Positions 12,701-27,700 of a DNA stretch of 64,000 nt are shown in pieces. The notes beneath the pieces were generated by a model that saw only the letters and a program-made list of their open reading frames with translations, was not told the DNA's origin and made no database searches. Source of the stretch: Raja brachyura. Its lineage: Eukaryota. The number at the start of each line of letters is the position of its first letter. Position 1 is the first letter of the stretch. Where the stretch lies: positions 13,206,001-13,270,000 of the forward strand of contig OY740789.1 of the NCBI GenBank assembly GCA_963514005.1, read 5' to 3'. The position numbers and the translations under genes are program-made.

Positions 12701-15700
12701 TCAGGAAATATCAAATCAAAGGGAAAACCGAGCACCACCTACAAATGAAACTTTTGACAGAGGATTTAACCAAGACTTTGACAGGAGTGGAAAATCACAA
12801 GAATATGGATTTAACAGAGACATTGAACGCAACAGAGAGTACTTCCACAGACCAGACGAATGGGAACATCATGGTCGTGGACGAGACTTCTCTCCTTTGC
12901 ATCCACGACCAGACAGGTGGAGAGAAGAGCAGTGGAGGATTGAACCTGAAAGGGGCTATCAGCAAGAGCAACAACGGGAGTTGTGGGGGCGAGACTATCC
13001 AGAAAGGCAAGACTGGAGGAGAGACGAACGAATTTATCCTCCGGACAGGCTTGCCTGGCAGAGAGAACGAATTGATGAAAGAAGGTATCCCGAAGCAGAC
13101 AACAGGAGATTACCCTTTGACACTTTGCGTGAAATTCCATCCCAGTCTGGTTCTGCTCATGTGTCCGCTTTATCTGAAGAAGCACCGCTGCCATTCTCAG
13201 ACAAACCTATGGTGGACCAACCACCCGGTGGGCAAAATATTGTAGCTTTGTCTGAGCGAGAACATGAAATCATTTTGAAGGCAGCACAGGAATTGAAGTT
13301 ATTACGGTAAGTGACTTTATACTGCAGATATGTTCTTAAAACTCTGGTTATGTAAATGTGTGGTCTAGTCAACTTTAATGTTTTGAATAAGTACCCTGAG
13401 GTACAAGTATAATGACCAACTTTCTTGCAGCAGCAACTTATGCACATAGAGCAGGACAAATGCAACAGCAAATGATATGGAAATGGTACAAATTATACAT
13501 AAGGTATATACATAGATTACACAACATTTCTGAAAGAAAGAAGACTACAAAAGATAAGACATAAGCAAGAAAACGTAGTGCAAATACATAATTAATGAAA
13601 CAACATGTCCATGGTAGTGCAAGAGTTGAATTGTAGAAAGGAACTGCAGATGCAGGTTTACACCGAATGCTGGAGTAACTCAAGGGGACAGGCAGAAGGA
13701 ATAGATAGAAGGAATGGGTGGCATTTCGGGCTGAGACCCTTCTTTTGAATTTTGTGTCTATCTTCGGTATAAATCACCATCGGTGGTTCCTTCCTACAAA
13801 CTCTTCAGCCTCTTGTGTTGCTTTGTGTTGGAATTGACGTATCAGGTCTTGATGCAATCAATCAGGATACTATCTGCAGTACATATGTAAATGTTTATTA
13901 GAGTATTTAAAGATATATTTAGATAATAGAAAAGACCTTCATATTTGCTTTCAACCATCAAAATAATCCACTAGGTTAGCTTGCCTCTATCCTAGTATCG
14001 TTTAATATTTAGTGCTGTATGTAGCTTAGTTATGGTCATCATTTCCAATGTCACAGTATTGCCATCCCTTTTAAACGCAAGCCATTTTGCTTTTCAAACA
14101 TAAAGCACTATTTTTGGCAATGGGTCTACTCCTTCAGCTATTCTTATTTTTGGCTTATTTTTCCACTCCATTCACCAATTTAAAGTCCTATTCATGCTAA
14201 AGTCCAACTCATTCAGTCTCAATAGCGGTATTGCTTCTTTGTACTTATATGCTGGTGCCATTGTCCATGAAATAAAATGTCCCTTTTCCACAGCACTCCA
14301 TTAGCCATGTATTCATCTCCCTAATGTTATTCCTCTGCCAGTTTTCTTCTCGTCCTTTAACTGTACCAGATTAAAACTCTTGTAAAGCTGTTTAATAATT
14401 GCATGTAATGCTTTCCAAATAAGACCTGGCCTGCACATGTTTCCCCCCCCCCCCCCCCCTTCCTCTCCAAAATTATTTCAGAGATTTAAAAAGTCCTATA
14501 AAGCTAGCACCAGGTGGAGTGCATATCAAATTGGGACTCTTGATCCTGCTAACAAACCTTGCCTTCAAAGGATGATATTTGGCTCCATAATTGTGAATAT
14601 TTCATGCACCACATTCTTTCCTTATTTCCAATTGGAACAGCCTGCTCATGGGTCCATTGCCAGTTTTCTGACCTCGTTGAGGAAGTATGATTTATGAGAA
14701 TTTTCCAATATGTCTTCCTCTTGCCCTCATTCTTCCATTTTCAAGGGAATTGGCTAATTCGGCACAGTCGGCATGGCTTTGTGCCCAGCAAGTCATGCCT
14801 TACTAACTTGGTTGAGTTTTTTTGGGAGATGATGAAGGTGATCAATGGGGGTAGGGCGATGGATGTTTTCTGCATGCTTTTGATAAAGACCTGCATAGTA
14901 GCCTGATCCAGAAGATTAAGATGCATGGGATTCACAGTGACTTGGTCGTATGGATTCAGAACTGGCTTCCTCGAAGGAGACAGAGGGTCATGGTAGAAGG
15001 GCTTTATTTTTGCTGGAAGTGTGTGACCAGTGGTGTTCTGCAGGGATTTATGCTATTGTTTGTCATCTATATAAATGAAATGGATGTAAATGTAGGGGGG
15101 TTGGTAGGTTTGCAGAGAAAATGAAGATTGGTGAAGTGCAGACTGTGAGGAAGGTAGTGAACATATACAGTGGGATTTTTCTTGCGAAAATAGTCAAACC
15201 CACCCCCCACCCAAAATGTTAAATCTGTGCCCCTTTTCTTGTGCTTGAGCAGGTAGTTTAACTAGGACATAAAACGTAAGCATTCTAGGTCACTGGGATC
15301 AAGCATTGTGTCTGTTATGGAGGACTTGCAGCTTTCTGATTATAGACAATAGGTGCAGGAGTAGGCCATTCGGCCCTTCGAGCCAGCACCGCCATTCAAT
15401 GTGATCGTGGCTGTTCTATTATGTCTGTCTCCTTCATGCTGGAACTAACGTTTTGCTTTTCAGAGAGTTGCAGGAGATTGAAAGAGTACCTCTACTTCCC
15501 AGCAAAACAGATCCCACTGGAATTCCTCCAGTAATTAAAGATTATCAAAACTCTAAAACTGGTAAAGACTTCTACAAGGTGAGTAATGAACAATAGTGAA
15601 TTTGAGAGCGACAGCTATTACATGAAAAAGTTCTGCACATTTGATGAAAGAGTTGCTTGTCATTTTCTTTTCTTCTTCGTTGTTTACATTAGGTCAAGCA

Positions 15701-18700
15701 ATAAGGCATTTAAATCAAACCACCTGAGAAATATTAATATTCCACAACTTATTTTTATTTGATTTCTGCTTTCCTGTCATCTTTGACATCATCTTTTTTT
15801 TAAAACGGCCACTTTGCATTGTAAATTGCAGCATGAATTAAACTTGTGTGACCAGATTTGGTAATGACATGATTTTATTTCTTCAGGAGTTTTTGTAGTT
15901 ATTGGACTTTTTTTACTTGCCTCACAGTTCTTCTGCCAACAATTTTCTGGTACAAGACAGCAGGTGACCACAGCGTTTAGTTTAGCTGTGGAATTTGAGT
16001 TCATGACGATTTGATTTATAATTCAACATCAGACTTAAATGAACAATAAATATTTTATTATCCTGAAACAGTTTATTTGTGTTTTCTTGGATAAGGTGGT
16101 ATAAATAAAATGCTTCTTAATTGGCATGGTGTTTCTAATAATTTGGGAATTATGGTGATTATGTTCTACCCAACTAACTTCTTCGTCTCATCACCTATTT
16201 GCAAATGTCATTGCAGGATATGGTGAGCACTGACAACTCATTACTTGGTCCTGGACCATCAGATGCTCCCATCCAATCGGAGCGTTGGGACACTGACACA
16301 TTCCATGGATTGTGGGATTCTGCGTCTGATCCCAAAAATCCTGATTCTAATTATGGTTTTCATGAATCTTCACCAATCTCAACTACTCCTCTGAACAAGC
16401 CGCCGCCAATTCAAAAAACCGTTGATTATGGACATGGGCGTGGTAAGCGAGAAATCTGTAACTACTTGCATGTATAAATGTTAAAAGTAGTAAAATATCC
16501 CAAGCCGCCTTACTAAAATATAGCAGCCAAGACAATGTTAAGTTGGCTATTCAGCGTTTATGGTGTACAACCTGAAGCATGGTGACAGACTCCTTGCAAG
16601 CTCCTTGGAGGAATGGAAAGAGGCAGAGCATGTGCGACCACTGTGATTTGGAGTATGGCCAATCATGGAACAATGAATGTAAGCAATCACAAGTGGCTGG
16701 CATCGTAAGATTGTAAGAGATGGATTGAACAGTTGCCATGAAGGCTGAGAAATCAGGACAAGTAGTCAGACTACGCAGCAACACAAACCAGTGAGCACAA
16801 TTGCGATTGGTGAGATTTTAAAAAGCGCGATAGAATTTTGAAATATCCATGTTTATGGAGAGTGAAAGATGGCAGGTGAACATTGGACTTTTCCAGTCCA
16901 CAGGTAACTTTTGAATGCGCAAGGAAGCAGATTCATGTGTCCCTTGATTAGGTCAACCCTTTGTTCCGGGTTTGTTTAGGGCACAGAATGTGTGCATTTC
17001 TTTCTCAAAGTTGCATTTAGCTATGTTGACACTTTAGACACTTGCACGTTCAGTGTTTTTCTTTTATCAGTTGTTTTTTTCCTTCTATTGATATTATTTT
17101 CGAATAGCACCTTTTTTCAAAAATAAAATTCAATTTATTCAAGCTGCTCTGTTGAGATTGTCCAGAGATTTGATTAAATCAAAAATCGCAACATTCTCTG
17201 ATTAAAATAACATTTGGGGCATGGGTAAAGTGAAAGTATGCAGTCTCTGCCCTAGATTAGGGATTCAAGAACTAGAGAGCATAGATTGAAAGTGAGATGG
17301 GTAAGATTTAATAGGAACTTAAGTGGCAACGTTTTCACATGGAGGGTGGTACGTGGATAGAATGAGCTGTCAGAGAAGTGGTTGAGGCAGATACAATAAC
17401 GCCATTTAAAAGTAATTTGTGACAGGTACATAGTTGGGGAAAGGTTTGGAGGGATGTCGAGCAAGCACGGGCAAATGGGACTAACAGAAGGAGTACCTTG
17501 GTTGACATGGACGAGTTAGCCGAAGGCTCACATGATTCTGTGACTATGAAAACATAGCAGTATACACATTGAAAACATGACTTTTAAGTGTATTCTTCTT
17601 GAAATCGGTTACTTTTTTTCACTTTCAGATTCAGGACCTGGAAGGATTGAACAGATCCCTTATGGAGAACGGGTTTCACTCGGTCCTGAGCCAATACGGG
17701 AAAGGATATTCGATAAAGGTAGGTTCACATAGTGAAGATGGTTGTGACAGATAGTGAAGATGGTTGTGAAAAATTGTAGCAGGTTCTTGATCGAGTGGCC
17801 AGGTGGGCTGAGGAATGGCTGATGGAATTTAATACGAGAAATGTGAGATGTTGCATTTTGGGAAGTCTTACATGGGCAGTGAATGGTAGGGCCCTGGGGA
17901 GTATTAGACAATAGGTGCAGGAGTAGGCCATTTGGCCCTTCGAGCCAGCACTGCCATTCAATGTGATCATGGCTGATCATCCCCAATCAGTACCCCGTTC
18001 CTGTCTTCTCCCCATATCCCCTGACTCCGCTATTTTTAAGAGCCCTATCTAGCTCTTTCTTGAAAGCTAATATTGTAGAGCAGAGGGATCTAGGAGTGGA
18101 GGTGCATGGTTCATTGAAGGTCAGGTCGCAGGTAGATAAGGTGGTAAAAAGGGCTTTTGGTACATTGGCCTTCATCAGTCAGAGTATTGAGTATAGAAGT
18201 TGGGAGGTCATGTTGCAGTTGTACAAGATGTTGATGAGAACGCATTTAGAGTATTGTGTTCAGTTCTGGGCACCATTTTATAGGAAACATATTGTCAAGT
18301 TGGAAAGGGTACAGAGAAGATTTACGAGGATGTTGCCAGGACTAAAGGGTTTGAGCTATAGGAAGAGGTTGAGTTGGCTAAGACTCTATTCCCTGGAGCA
18401 CAGGAGTATGAGGGGTGATCTTGTAGAGGTGTATAAAATCATCAGGTAGATGCAGAGTCTCTTGCCCAGAGTAGGAATCGAGGACAAGAGGGCATAGGTT
18501 TAAGGTGAAGTGGAAAAGATTTAATAGGAATCTGAGGGGTAACATTTTCACATAAATCGTGGTGTGTGTATGGAACAAGCTGCCAGAGGAGGTAGTTGAG
18601 GCTGGGACTATCCCAACGTTTAAGAAACAGTTAGAAAGTTACATGGATAGGACGGGTTTGGATGGATATGGACCAAACGCAGGCAGGTGGGACTAATGTA

Positions 18701-21700
18701 GCTGGGACATGTTGGTCGGTGTGGGCAAGTTGGGTCGAAGGGCCTGTTTCCATCTTGTATCATTCTATGACAACCATGAAAAGTATCAAAACGTTTTATG
18801 GCATGGGAAATAATAGGTTAATTATTTTGCCATTCAATTTTGCTAGCACATAACTATATGCAGCTAATTGCTCCAAATAGCAGACTTTTATATTTAACTG
18901 TTTCTCTTTCACTTAGATTTAATAGGTCCCCGAGATCGTTACGGAGACAGAGATCCATTTTTAGAACGAAGGGGAGATCCTTTTTTGGATCGCAGAGATT
19001 TTGATAGAGAGCATGATCTCTACAGGGATAGATCGATCGGTGATTATGAAAGGGAAGGATTTGATCGTGAAAGATTTGGACGTGAAGAAAGGTAAGCATA
19101 ATATTTGTTTTGATATGTCAAACCAAATTTCAAGATGAATGGTACTGGGTAGCAATTTTTGCTTCACATCAAATAAATATTTGTTAACGTAAGTATGTGG
19201 CAACGTTCATCAATTTTACGTGTTTTAAACACAAAGTGATGACATCCAGTAGATGCAGAAATTATGCCTTCTATGGTACGATCTTGTAGATTCAGAGATG
19301 GTATTTCCCTTTGCTGGGGTGTCTAGTATCAAGTATCCAAGGAGACAAGAAGATATTTTTTCACTGACATGGGTGTATATCTTTGGAATAGTCTACCCAA
19401 GAGAGCTGTGGAGGTTCAATCGCTGAGCATATTTGCACATTCAAGAAATCAAATCAAGGAATGGAATTAGTACAAGAAAGTGACAAAATATTCCACTTGT
19501 TCTCATTGACTAGCAGAGCAGACACGGCTAATTCCTGCTTCTATTTCTTAATTACTGTGGCAAAGGTGGAGGTTTTTTTACACCGTGAGTGGTTAGTGCC
19601 TGGAACGCGATAACAGAGGTAATGATGGAATCAGATGCTCAAGTCAAGTTCAAGTGAGTTTATTGTCATGCGTCCCTGATAGGACAATGAAATTCTTGCT
19701 TTGCTTCAGCACAACAGAACATAGTAGGCATTGACTACAAAACAGATGCGGTAGTGGTATTTAAGAGATTTTTGGACGGGCACATGGATATGCAGTGAAT
19801 TGAGAGATATGGATCACATGCAGGCAGAAGAGATTAGTTTACCTTGACATCACGTTCAACAATGGACATCGTTGGCTGTAGGCCCTGTTCCTGTGCTGTA
19901 CCATTCTAGTATTCGATGACCCTCATTCTGGTGAAGCATAGTATTATTAATCCAAGTTCATCTTGATCAACTGCAGATAATTTTATTATTTATTTTTTAT
20001 TATCTATGAAAACATTAGTGACACAGTGGCGCTGGTTTCCGATGGGAACGGTGACGGACGCACCACACATCTCTGTCCTCCAGTTCCTGCGGACTTCCTC
20101 CGCTGGAAGTGTTGGATTTTGGTGTGTGTGCTTTATCATCATTCCTTACAATACTATGTACAACAGTGATCCTAACTTCTACTGAAGTGTGGATGGCTGT
20201 TGGCTCGCTAGAAGCTAATCCGCTCTTTGACAGGTCTTGTTTTTGGTCCTGCAGGGGGTCCACAGCCCCCTCCTCACCTGGCAAACCATGTGGGGGAGAC
20301 AGTTTAGTCGCCGACTATCTGACCAAGGAGCAGGTAGCACGGGATTACATGGTACACGTGGCGAGGGGAACTACCCCCGACCTGAAATCCATATTATAGA
20401 AACATAGAAACATAGAAATTAGGTGCAGGAATAGGCCATTCGGCCCTTCGAGCCTGCACCGCCATTCAATATGATCATGGCTGATCATCCAACTCAGTAT
20501 CCCGTACCTGCCTTCTCTCCATACCCTCTGATCCCCTTAGCCACAAGGGCCACATCTAACTCCCTCTTAAATATAGCCAATGAACTGAATTATAGGTGTA
20601 TTTTACATTTGTAACTGTTGTGTAAAATTATAGTTTAATTTCTGTAATCAAAACCTGATGGTGAATCTCTGCTGAGAACTTGTCAGATAGGTGATCAGCC
20701 ATGATCACAATGAATGGCGGTGCTGGCTCAAAGGGCCGAATGGCCTCCTTCTGCACCTATTTTCTATGTTTCTGTGATAGGCAATGCCTTCCATTTGATA
20801 TTTACAAATATTTTCTCAATTTGTTTTTGCATTGCAGAATGTCTCACAGTCAACCTGGTAGGTCAGGTGGATATCACAACTATCAGGACAATAAAGACCC
20901 TTTCAACCGAGGGGGATTTGACAGGCCACCACAGTTTGATCGCTTATCCGATCGACCACCATTTGATCATGCACCCACTGGTTTTGGAGGTAACTTTATA
21001 TTGTGGATATCATTATCTGCCAGATTTTTATATATATTTATAAATTGCCATTTGGTTTTGCAATATTGGTGGCAACTCGCCTGTTCTCATCTGTTTATCA
21101 ATCAGATGGTTGAATCTAATCAAAGCTACATCAATTGGGGCATCACATGTTTTTTTAGGTCAATAGCATGCTTAGACATTCACATATTGTTGATGGATTC
21201 TATTACGTTGGTGCCATCTCTAAATAGGAATAAAACTCAGAATGAATTCATCCACTTTTTGGAGCCATTCATCAGCTGTTATAACAGGGTTATGTTTCTG
21301 AATTTTAATCATGCTTAAACATTATCAGCATTGTACTTTTCTCATTGTTTATTAATTTTACCTTCTGGAGCCATGCTTAGCCACAACAGCCATGACTCTT
21401 TAAAATAGATTAACTTTAGTATTGTTAAATTAATTTCCATGAGTGCAACTCTGTTTTGATTTAGCTTTCATTGCAGCCTATCTTTCTAATTCCAAGACCC
21501 TTTCTATTGGTTTTCTCAGTAATCTCAATTGATCATTTAATACGTGTTTGCAANNNNNNNNNNNNNNNNNNNNNNNNNNNNNNNNNNNNNNNNNNNNNNN
21601 NNNNNNNNNNNNNNNNNNNNNNNNNNNNNNNNNNNNNNNNNNNNNNNNNNNNNNNNNNNNNNNNNNNNNNNNNNNNNNNNNNNNNNNNNNNNNNNNNNNN

Positions 21701-24700
21701 NNNNNNNNNNNNNNNNNNNNNNNNNNNNNNNNNNNNNNNNNNNNNNNNNNNNNNNNNNNNNNNNNNNNNNNNNNNNNNCTATCAAGTCATTTTCAGTCTT
21801 TTGCATTCTTAGGCCTGCTTTCCTCATATCATGTTCTGACTGTTTAGCAAGGGTCTTTTTCCTTTTAGCAAAATTACTATTGTTCACTTTGAATGCGCGC
21901 ACATTTTTGGATTTTTCTACCTTTACTCGAAATCTGATTGTTCAATTTGAGACTCTTCCAATCTCACAACATCAAATGTTCCAGGTGAAAGAAGGGGATT
22001 TTCTGATGAGAGGATACCTGCAGCAGCCCCTCATCCACCACATCCGCCTCCACGTGTTGAAAAGAAGCCAGAAAGTAAAAATGTTGATGATATTCTAAAA
22101 GTGCCTGGCAGACAAAGCCGGCCTGATAGGGTTAGTAAATTAATTTGTTTCATGTCTTTTGTAGTTGTATGTATCTTGTATGGAACTTTATTTAAGTAAT
22201 TAAAAGGCAGGTGAACAGGTACATGGATAGGAAAGGTTTATAGGGATATGGGCCAAATGCAGGCAGGTGGGACTAGTGCAGATGGGGCATCTTGGTCGGC
22301 ATGGGAAAGTTGAGCCAAATGGCCTGTTTCTGTGCTGTATGAATCTATAATTGTATGTAATATTTGAGAGAATATTTGAGAGATAGCAACTGTGAAATAG
22401 ATTGCAGTAGAATCCTCCCTGCTGATTCAATGAAGTCGAGTTTCAAGCCCCTGCAAATCTCTAAGATTACAATCAAGACTGACGCAGCTACTGAAGAAGT
22501 ACTTTCTTCCACATAGCACATTAAACTAAATCTTTGATGGCACCAATGGAAGAGCAGTGGAAGTTTCTGGCTGTCCTGGTATGTACTAATTTCTCAAATA
22601 AGGTTACAAAACCAGATTATTACATGACAACTCTGAAGCTGTGAGACCTTTATGCGCAAATTGGTTTAAATTCCTACTTTCAGGCTACCCTATTTCCTAT
22701 TACAACCCCAACAAACCTTTTAGATCTTACACAATATTATAATTCATTGTTCACTGAACCTGGGGTGGTAAACAAAGGTAAAGAATTCCAAAGAATCACA
22801 ACCATCTGTGAGAAGACATTTCTCCTCATTTCATTCCTAAATGACCCACCTCTAACTTTGGGATTGACCCTTAATTCAAGGTTCCTCATCTTGAGAAAAC
22901 ATTTTCCCCTGTATCGACCCTGTAGAGCCCTCCGAAGAAATTTGTATATTTGAATCATGCCACCTCTCTAGAAATGAGTGGCCTTGCCTCCTATATCTCT
23001 CCTCATAATACAACCTTCCATTCCAGAAGCCAGTCTGATGAGCTTTTGCTGCTCTCCCTCTTTGGTAAGTGTCTCCTTTTTTAGGTAAGGGGACCAGAAT
23101 TGTACACAGTAGTATTCCAAGTGTAGTTTAATACCTTATAAATCTATTGTTAGATATATCTCTTGCATTTATATTATCTAGCAATAACATTGCAAATGTT
23201 TTCTTAACAACCTGCATTTATGTATAGTGACTGGGAGCGTTGGTTCATTTTTTTTTCCTGATTTCTTACAGATTGTAGTTATTATGCGAGGACTCCCTGG
23301 CAGTGGGAAGACGCATGTTGCAAAACTCATTCGTGTGAGTATAATCATTTGACGTCATTTGGGAAATTGATACGATAATTAGAATTGTATCCACTGTAAA
23401 ATAATTGAGTTAGAGCTCCCTTCCTATTTGTGAGACTGAATAATTTAAGCTACACAAAACAAGCAGCGTCATGTTGGAGTGCAGAATTTACCTTGTGCTT
23501 CTGATTGGAGAAGGAAATATTGGGGACAATATTTACCTTTTGCTTTCTGGCAGATCCTTCTTGCGTATCTCCAATGCAATGTATCGTCATTAACCAAATT
23601 CAACCTGTTACGCTACAAGCTGCGATGCATGAAGTATGAGATCCTAGCTGAAATTTGCTGGAGAGCAGTCAGTTCCACCACAGTGATATTAATCTTACAG
23701 GATATTTGCCTTGAAAATCAAAGCAGTTGGAAGATTTTGCATGTCTGATTCTGCACATAATTGCATTTTAAAGTAATATGTAGGCGTATGATGTGTTTGT
23801 TCTGCAGAGGTTTATTGTGCTCATGTACTAATTCATGTGACTAAATAATTTCAAGTTGTTAAATAAGTTTTTTTTGTTGAGACATGGTTGCATTTTGCTA
23901 TATAAAGACGAAAGATTAATTTGTTCTCGAGTATAATTCTATCAGCTAAGAAGTGGAATCCTTTTTGCACAGACTCTGCATTAGCTTGCCATCCATCATA
24001 CGTATTTACGTTTGTTGTGCTGGTACTTTCAGGATAAGGAGGTAGAGTATGGAGGAGCTGCACCACGGGTTCTCAGCTTGGATGATTACTTCATGACTGA
24101 GGTAGAAAAAGTGGTGAAGGACCCAGACAGTGGCAAACGAGTTAAAAAGAAGGTATGTGGTTAAAATTAAAAGTAAATGATCTTGCATTATACAGAGGAT
24201 TTCATGGTTACATGTGGGAACATGTTATATTCTCTGATCATTCAAGCTTGGCGAGCATATCGCTGTAGGCGTCTGAGACTGATTTAATATATGTGTAGCT
24301 GTCCTTCATTCACAGCATTTTCCTGGCGAAAGTATCCTGCTGTTATTGGGAGGAATCTCAATAGTTTGTTTCCTTTGCTCTTTAAAAAGGCCATTTGCTT
24401 GATAATCTAACATTGGTACCCACTGATGATTTATTGGGAGTCATGTGTCCATCCTTGTTCTAACTCATTGACTGGTGAAACAGTGAGGATAGGTGCTGCA
24501 TAATGTCACTTATGTGTGTCCATTTTGGGTAACAACATGCCTCTGGACCAAAAGGCTGAATTTTTGGAGGTGAGGTAAGCGCGACTGTCCTTGGTCATAA
24601 AACTACCAGGCAAGGACCATCTTCAACAGCAGAGCATCTAAGCCAGCGGTTCCCAACCTTTTTCATCCCGTTTACCCTAGGCAACTTTAATAGCACATAA

Positions 24701-27700
24701 CAATGTTCTTTCACTTATTTATGAACAACTAATGATGAACAGATACCGGCTTACCAGAACGAAACACAGTCAGTGAATGAGGAAAAAATATGTACAAACC
24801 CAGAATCAACAAATTTACCCCCTGGGTAGGTGAAATTTACCCCAGGTTGGAAACCCTTGGTCTAAGCACTTGTAATTGGCGTGCAATGGCATATATATCC
24901 TGTGGGTCACAGATGGGGATCTCAACTGGTCCAACTACATAATGATAAAAGGATATTAAACCTCTGGTCAGAAAAAAAGGCATGAATCGGGTACATGCAG
25001 CCCAAGTGAATTCCTGGAGCAGTATAGGAGATAAGAGTACAGCGAAGGAAATCCGTTGGGCAAAAAGGAGGCATGACATAGCTTTAGCATTAAAGATTAA
25101 GGACAATCTAAAGGCATTTTATGTCACTGTATGTCATGTTGTCACTTGCGGGCGGAGCACCAAAGCAAATTCCTTGTATGTGAATACTTGGCCAATAAAC
25201 CTATTAATTCATTTTATAAGCATATTTTAATTTCAGATTTAGTTTTCCCCCCCCCCCCCCAATCTTTTTGGATCTGAATTATGTTCTCTTCTTGGTCCCG
25301 AAGCACCTCTGGCAGTGCTATGTGTACTGTTTATTTATTCAACTTATATTTGACTGATCAGTTGCCAGTGCCCTTCCCCACCTCTGGGAATGTATTCAGT
25401 TTGTGTAATTTGAGACAACTTTCACGCCTTATGTTTGGGCTGTGGGATGGATAGTTCATCAAGTGCAGTGAGTTATCAAAATTGCAGATATTTGAAAGAA
25501 ACTGGCTACCTGTTCTTTGTATAATCAATGGTTTGTCTTCTTTTATTTCCATCACATTCTCCACTACTGTCCCATTAGGTTCTGGAGTATGAATATGAGC
25601 CAGAAATGGAAGACACATACAGAAGCAGCATGTTCAAAACATTCCGCAAGACGCTGGATGATGGCTTTTTTCCCTTCATCATTGTGGATGCCATTAATAA
25701 CAGAATCAAACATTTTGAGCAGTTATGGAGCGCAGCCAAAACTAAAGGCTTTGAGGTAAGGTAACTTTGTGCATTAGGGTGCTTCACAGAGTTGGTTTGG
25801 GAACCCAGGGGAAGGATAAAAAAAATTCCTGGTCAAAGTTACAATTTCTAAGCATTGTCTGAAAGAAGGAGATTGGGAGGAGGTTTTAAGAAGGAAGTTA
25901 CAGACACTGAATGCACATGGACCTAGTAGTAAAATAATTCTCACAAGGTACATTAGCTGCTTTAGATAGTTAGTATATCTTAACATTCTGTTATATTTCA
26001 AGTCACCTGACTTTGCTGTTTTTCGCGTAGATGGTTACGCACCATGAGTATTAATGAAAGGATGAGCTAAAAAAATCATAAAATCTTCATGAATTCTTCA
26101 AAATTGGTTGTTTAGGTCATGGATTATGAAAGAGAAAATATTCAGTGAGCATTTCAGGAAAGAATTAGAAATTAAATACAGTTTGGCATTTTTCCATTCT
26201 TGTTTTTAAGTCGCTGCAATTGAAATGTGAAATTATTAATAAGATTTCTGTCCCGTTGGTCCAGGTTTATATTGCAGAAATGAGTGCAGATAATCAAACC
26301 TGTGTCAAGAGGAACATCCATGGTCGCAAATTGAAGGAAATCAATAAGGTGAATAATCTGAATTTTTATTTCTTAAAGTCCCAGAAAATGATGTTTGTTC
26401 ATGGTTTAACAGCAAGTGATCAAATATGAGGGATGGTGATTGAGCCAATTTAGATTGATCATTGTCATTTTTTAAATCTCTGGGAGGACTTGTGTGCAAT
26501 GTACTTCTAACCATCTATGAGGAGGTCCATTAGAGCAGCCCTGAGGATGGCATTTCAGTTGCATCTACCTGGAAGGAAGCTTTACCTGTTTGATTTGTCC
26601 AAACAAAAAAGAGCTTGAAGCAGAATTTTTGTCATTACATTTTAAGAACAAGGAATTTACTTTTATTAAAATAAATAGCAAGGCTAAATTGAATATAATT
26701 TTATTTTAACTATGTTTACATGTTTTCCCAGGATCACATTATAATTGTGAATATTGCATAGAGTCATACAGCTGAGAAACGGGTCCTTCAGCCCAACTTG
26801 TCCATGCCGGCCAAAATACCCCATCTGAATTAGCCACATTTGTCCAGATTTGACCCATATCCCTCCAAACCTTTCCTATCCAAGTACCTGTCCAAATGTC
26901 TTGTAAATGTTGTTGATGTACTTGCCTCGGCTACTTTCTATGGCAGCTCAAAACATATACCCACCACCCTCTGTTTGAGAAATTACCTCCCAGATACCTA
27001 GTAAATATCCACCCTCGCACCTTAAACCAATAACCTCTAGTTCTTGATTCCTTAATCTTGGGGGAAAATACTGTCCATTCACCCTGTCTAAACCCCTCAT
27101 GATTTTATACATGTATAATATCACCACTCGGCCTCCTGCGCACCTGGAAATAAAGTACTAGCCCTACCCAACCTCTCCCTATATATCTCAAGCCCTGACA
27201 ACATCCTCACAAACCGTCTAAATGCACCACATCTATATTCCCCTCTGTGACTCTATTTGTTCTATCCTCAAAGAACTCAAGTAAATTTGTCAAACATGAT
27301 TTATCTTTATGGAAAACCATGTAAATTTGGTTTTATTATAGTAAAATCATTGGTTTGCTTTCCTAAATAATTACTTATTCCATCTTTCATTATTGAGCAT
27401 CTTTAGATGTTTCCATCATTCCTTCCTTCCTTAAATCCACTAAAGTATCATCTACAGTCCTGTCTCCAAAATTGTATTATCGGTAAATTATTCCATTCTT
27501 TTTTACTGTGTCTTTTTTTCTTCTTCTCATTTTCTATCTATATAAAAAAATACCAAATAGAACCAGTGTTCATATACAATTGATAAATGAGGACCACTAT
27601 TATTTTGATAGTTGAAATACCATTTATTAACAATATGTAATTGACATACAAAATGTATTTTGAATTTGATATGTACATGCTTCAAATAAAAATATAATTT

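Noticed and set aside
9874-13245. Long alternative-frame and antisense ORFs overlapping the giant exon (e.g. 10494..11279 -, 10507..11187 +)
   Set aside because: Expected shadows of G-rich repetitive codons; no independent motifs or splice signals.
21471-22098. ORFs containing X runs
   Set aside because: They span the assembly gap; the real exon at 21985 is in another frame.
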